64,000 bases of DNA from Planctomycetota bacterium (GTDB taxonomy: Bacteria; Planctomycetota; UBA8108; SXIK01), in assembly GCA_965223265.1 (NCBI GenBank), contig OZ244999.1, positions 1,440,001 through 1,504,000 on the forward strand, given 5' to 3'. Position 1 is the stretch's first letter, and each line of letters begins with the position of its first letter. Shown here one piece after another: positions 62,722 through 64,000 of the stretch. The position numbers were made by a program, and so were the translations under genes. Under the pieces are notes generated by a model. It saw only the letters and a program-made list of their open reading frames with translations, searched no databases and was not told the DNA's origin.

Positions 62722-62732
62722 GTTCGAGCTGG

Positions 62733-62792
62733 TAGCCGGGTTGAAAAAGTCATTCGGCTGGGAAGCAGGCTTCTTCACGCTCCAGATCGGCC
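62733..62792. mobile_element. Degenerate half-copy of the 6065-6223 MITE
   Basis: TAGCCGGGTTGAAAAAGTCATTCGGCTGGGAAGCAGGCTTCTTCACGCTCCAGATCGGCC aligns to the reverse complement of the MITE right arm. Confidence 0.8.
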
Positions 62793-62877
62793 CAGAACTG
62801 GTGAAGGTGTCACCAGCCGTATTTTGTGACCTGTAGTGAGCCGCAGAATTCGCGGTCGGTGCAGGTTTTCGATTACA

Positions 62878-62998
62878 ATCCGATGAGGAGGGGACTGGAA
62901 ACGTGAGTACGGTCGGAATAGGATCCCACTCCACAACCGAAAGGGTGGAGACCGGTCACTCCCGGCCTACGGCTGCGCGCGCCAGTCCTCGACCCTAC
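62878..62998 (+). mobile_element. Group II intron 3' remnant (domain VI)
   Basis: ..CGATGAGGAGGGGACTGGAAACG..CACTCCACAACCGAAAGGGTGGAG..GCGCCAGTCCTCGACCCTAC. GGGGACTGG pairs with CCAGTCCTC, putative branch A 7 nt from an AC end. No intact domain V or RT ORF. Confidence 0.72.
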
Positions 62999-63054
62999 TG
63001 GAAAGAGTGAGAGCAGCTGTTTCGTTTCGACAGCTCAGAAGTGAAGAGGTCGCC

Positions 63055-63494
63055 ATGAGCAGTTCGTCGGGTGGAACCGTTTTCGGGATTGCATGTGTTC
63101 AGCTGGCAGCTTCGGTGCTCGGCGGCATTGTGGCCGAGGGGCTGGTACTCACATTCACCTTCCTGAAGAACCATGGCCACCTGCCGCAGTGTCGTCACTG
63201 TGGAACAACGCGGTCTGGGTCGAGGGGGCCGCACTTTTTCTGGCGGCATCCCCAGGAGTGCTCGTCCTGCTGATCTACCACATAGCCGGACAAGAGCTGT
63301 CCTTGCGACACGCGCTTGCGCAATTCTCGTTTGCGGTTCTGTTCGTGTTTACGTCGGCCCTGTCGTACATGTCCTTGACGACAGATGCTCTGTCCATCTC
63401 GGGTGGCGCCGTCGTGTCTCTTGCCGTTGCCGTGGCTGTCGTATTAGCGAGAAGAAAGATATCGCAGGTCCAAACGAAAGCGACGATGTCCTGA
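63055..63494 (+). pseudogene. Small multi-pass membrane protein, apparently frameshifted near 63180
   Basis: GAGGT RBS and ATG at 63055; a hydrophobic N-part (frame of ORF 63007) joins a hydrophobic C-part (frame of ORF 63093-63494). Confidence 0.45.
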
Positions 63495-63711
63495 AGGCTG
63501 CGCCTCAGTACGGTCATTCGACTGCCTCTAACAGTGTGGCGAAAGGCGTCTTCCTTGTAAAGAATTGCGCCTTGCCTGAGCGGCGCCCGAAACTTACGAG
63601 AGCGCGGGATACGCGGCCAACCGGCGAAATGTAAAAAGTCGGTCGGTTTCATCCCTCCGAGTGACGGCTGGTGACAGCCTCGCCAGCTATAGACAGGACG
63701 TGGCTGCCTGA

Positions 63712-64000
63712 TCAGAACGTGAAGATCAGGTTCGACGTGATCCTGCGTTTGAAAATGTCGTTGTTGGCTTCGCGGCGGAGCGAGAAACCGTAGCCGAAGC
63801 CAAAGCTGACATGCTTGACGAAATTCCAGCGCACTCCGAGCGTGGCCCAGTGGGCGGAGCTACCGCGGACGTCGGATGCGCCCAGGTTGCCATAGTCGAG
63901 CAAGCCGTCGCGGACAGGGAACCGACTGCCGTTACTGAGGTAGACGAAGCCGTGGTACTCCACCATAGGGAAGAAACCCTCAAAGACTTCATAGCTGACG
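63712..64000 (-). CDS. C-terminus of a probable outer-membrane beta-barrel protein (partial)
   Basis: Alternating strands ATLGVRWNF, VSFGFGYGF, ending ITSNLIFTF with terminal Phe. Confidence 0.7.
   Translation of the reverse strand, partial: VSYEVFEGFFPMVEYHGFVYLSNGSRFPVRDGLLDYGNLGASDVRGSSAHWATLGVRWNFVKHVSFGFGYGFSLRREANNDIFKRRITSNLIFTF

Overview
GC-rich bacterial window, most likely Planctomycetota. That call is inferred from the DUF1592/DUF1552 cytochrome pair, four Cys-tailed dockerin-like modules, two ECF sigma/anti-sigma units and many PQQ/LamG/VCBS secreted proteins. No rRNA, tRNA or CRISPR array was seen. Content is mostly secreted and surface proteins plus putative CAZymes. Highlights: (1) a PolX N-terminal HhH module fused to a DUF72 barrel; (2) a ~3000-aa DUF11/Ca-repeat adhesin fused to a large outer-membrane beta-barrel; (3) a 159-bp palindromic MITE with TCAG target duplication that splits a dockerin-VWA gene, plus a degenerate half-copy at ~62.7 kb next to a group II intron domain VI remnant; (4) one bipartite promoter motif in front of both an ECF sigma gene and its divergent VCBS-dockerin neighbour; (5) an ECF/anti-sigma/barrel-less secretin_N trio; (6) a four-module beta-helix/beta-helix/DUF4838/esterase protein coupled to a paralogous beta-helix-CBM9 gene; (7) decayed GxxExxY nuclease remnants with their typical flanking repeats. 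Domain calls come from motif recognition by eye, and start codons were adjusted by inspection.
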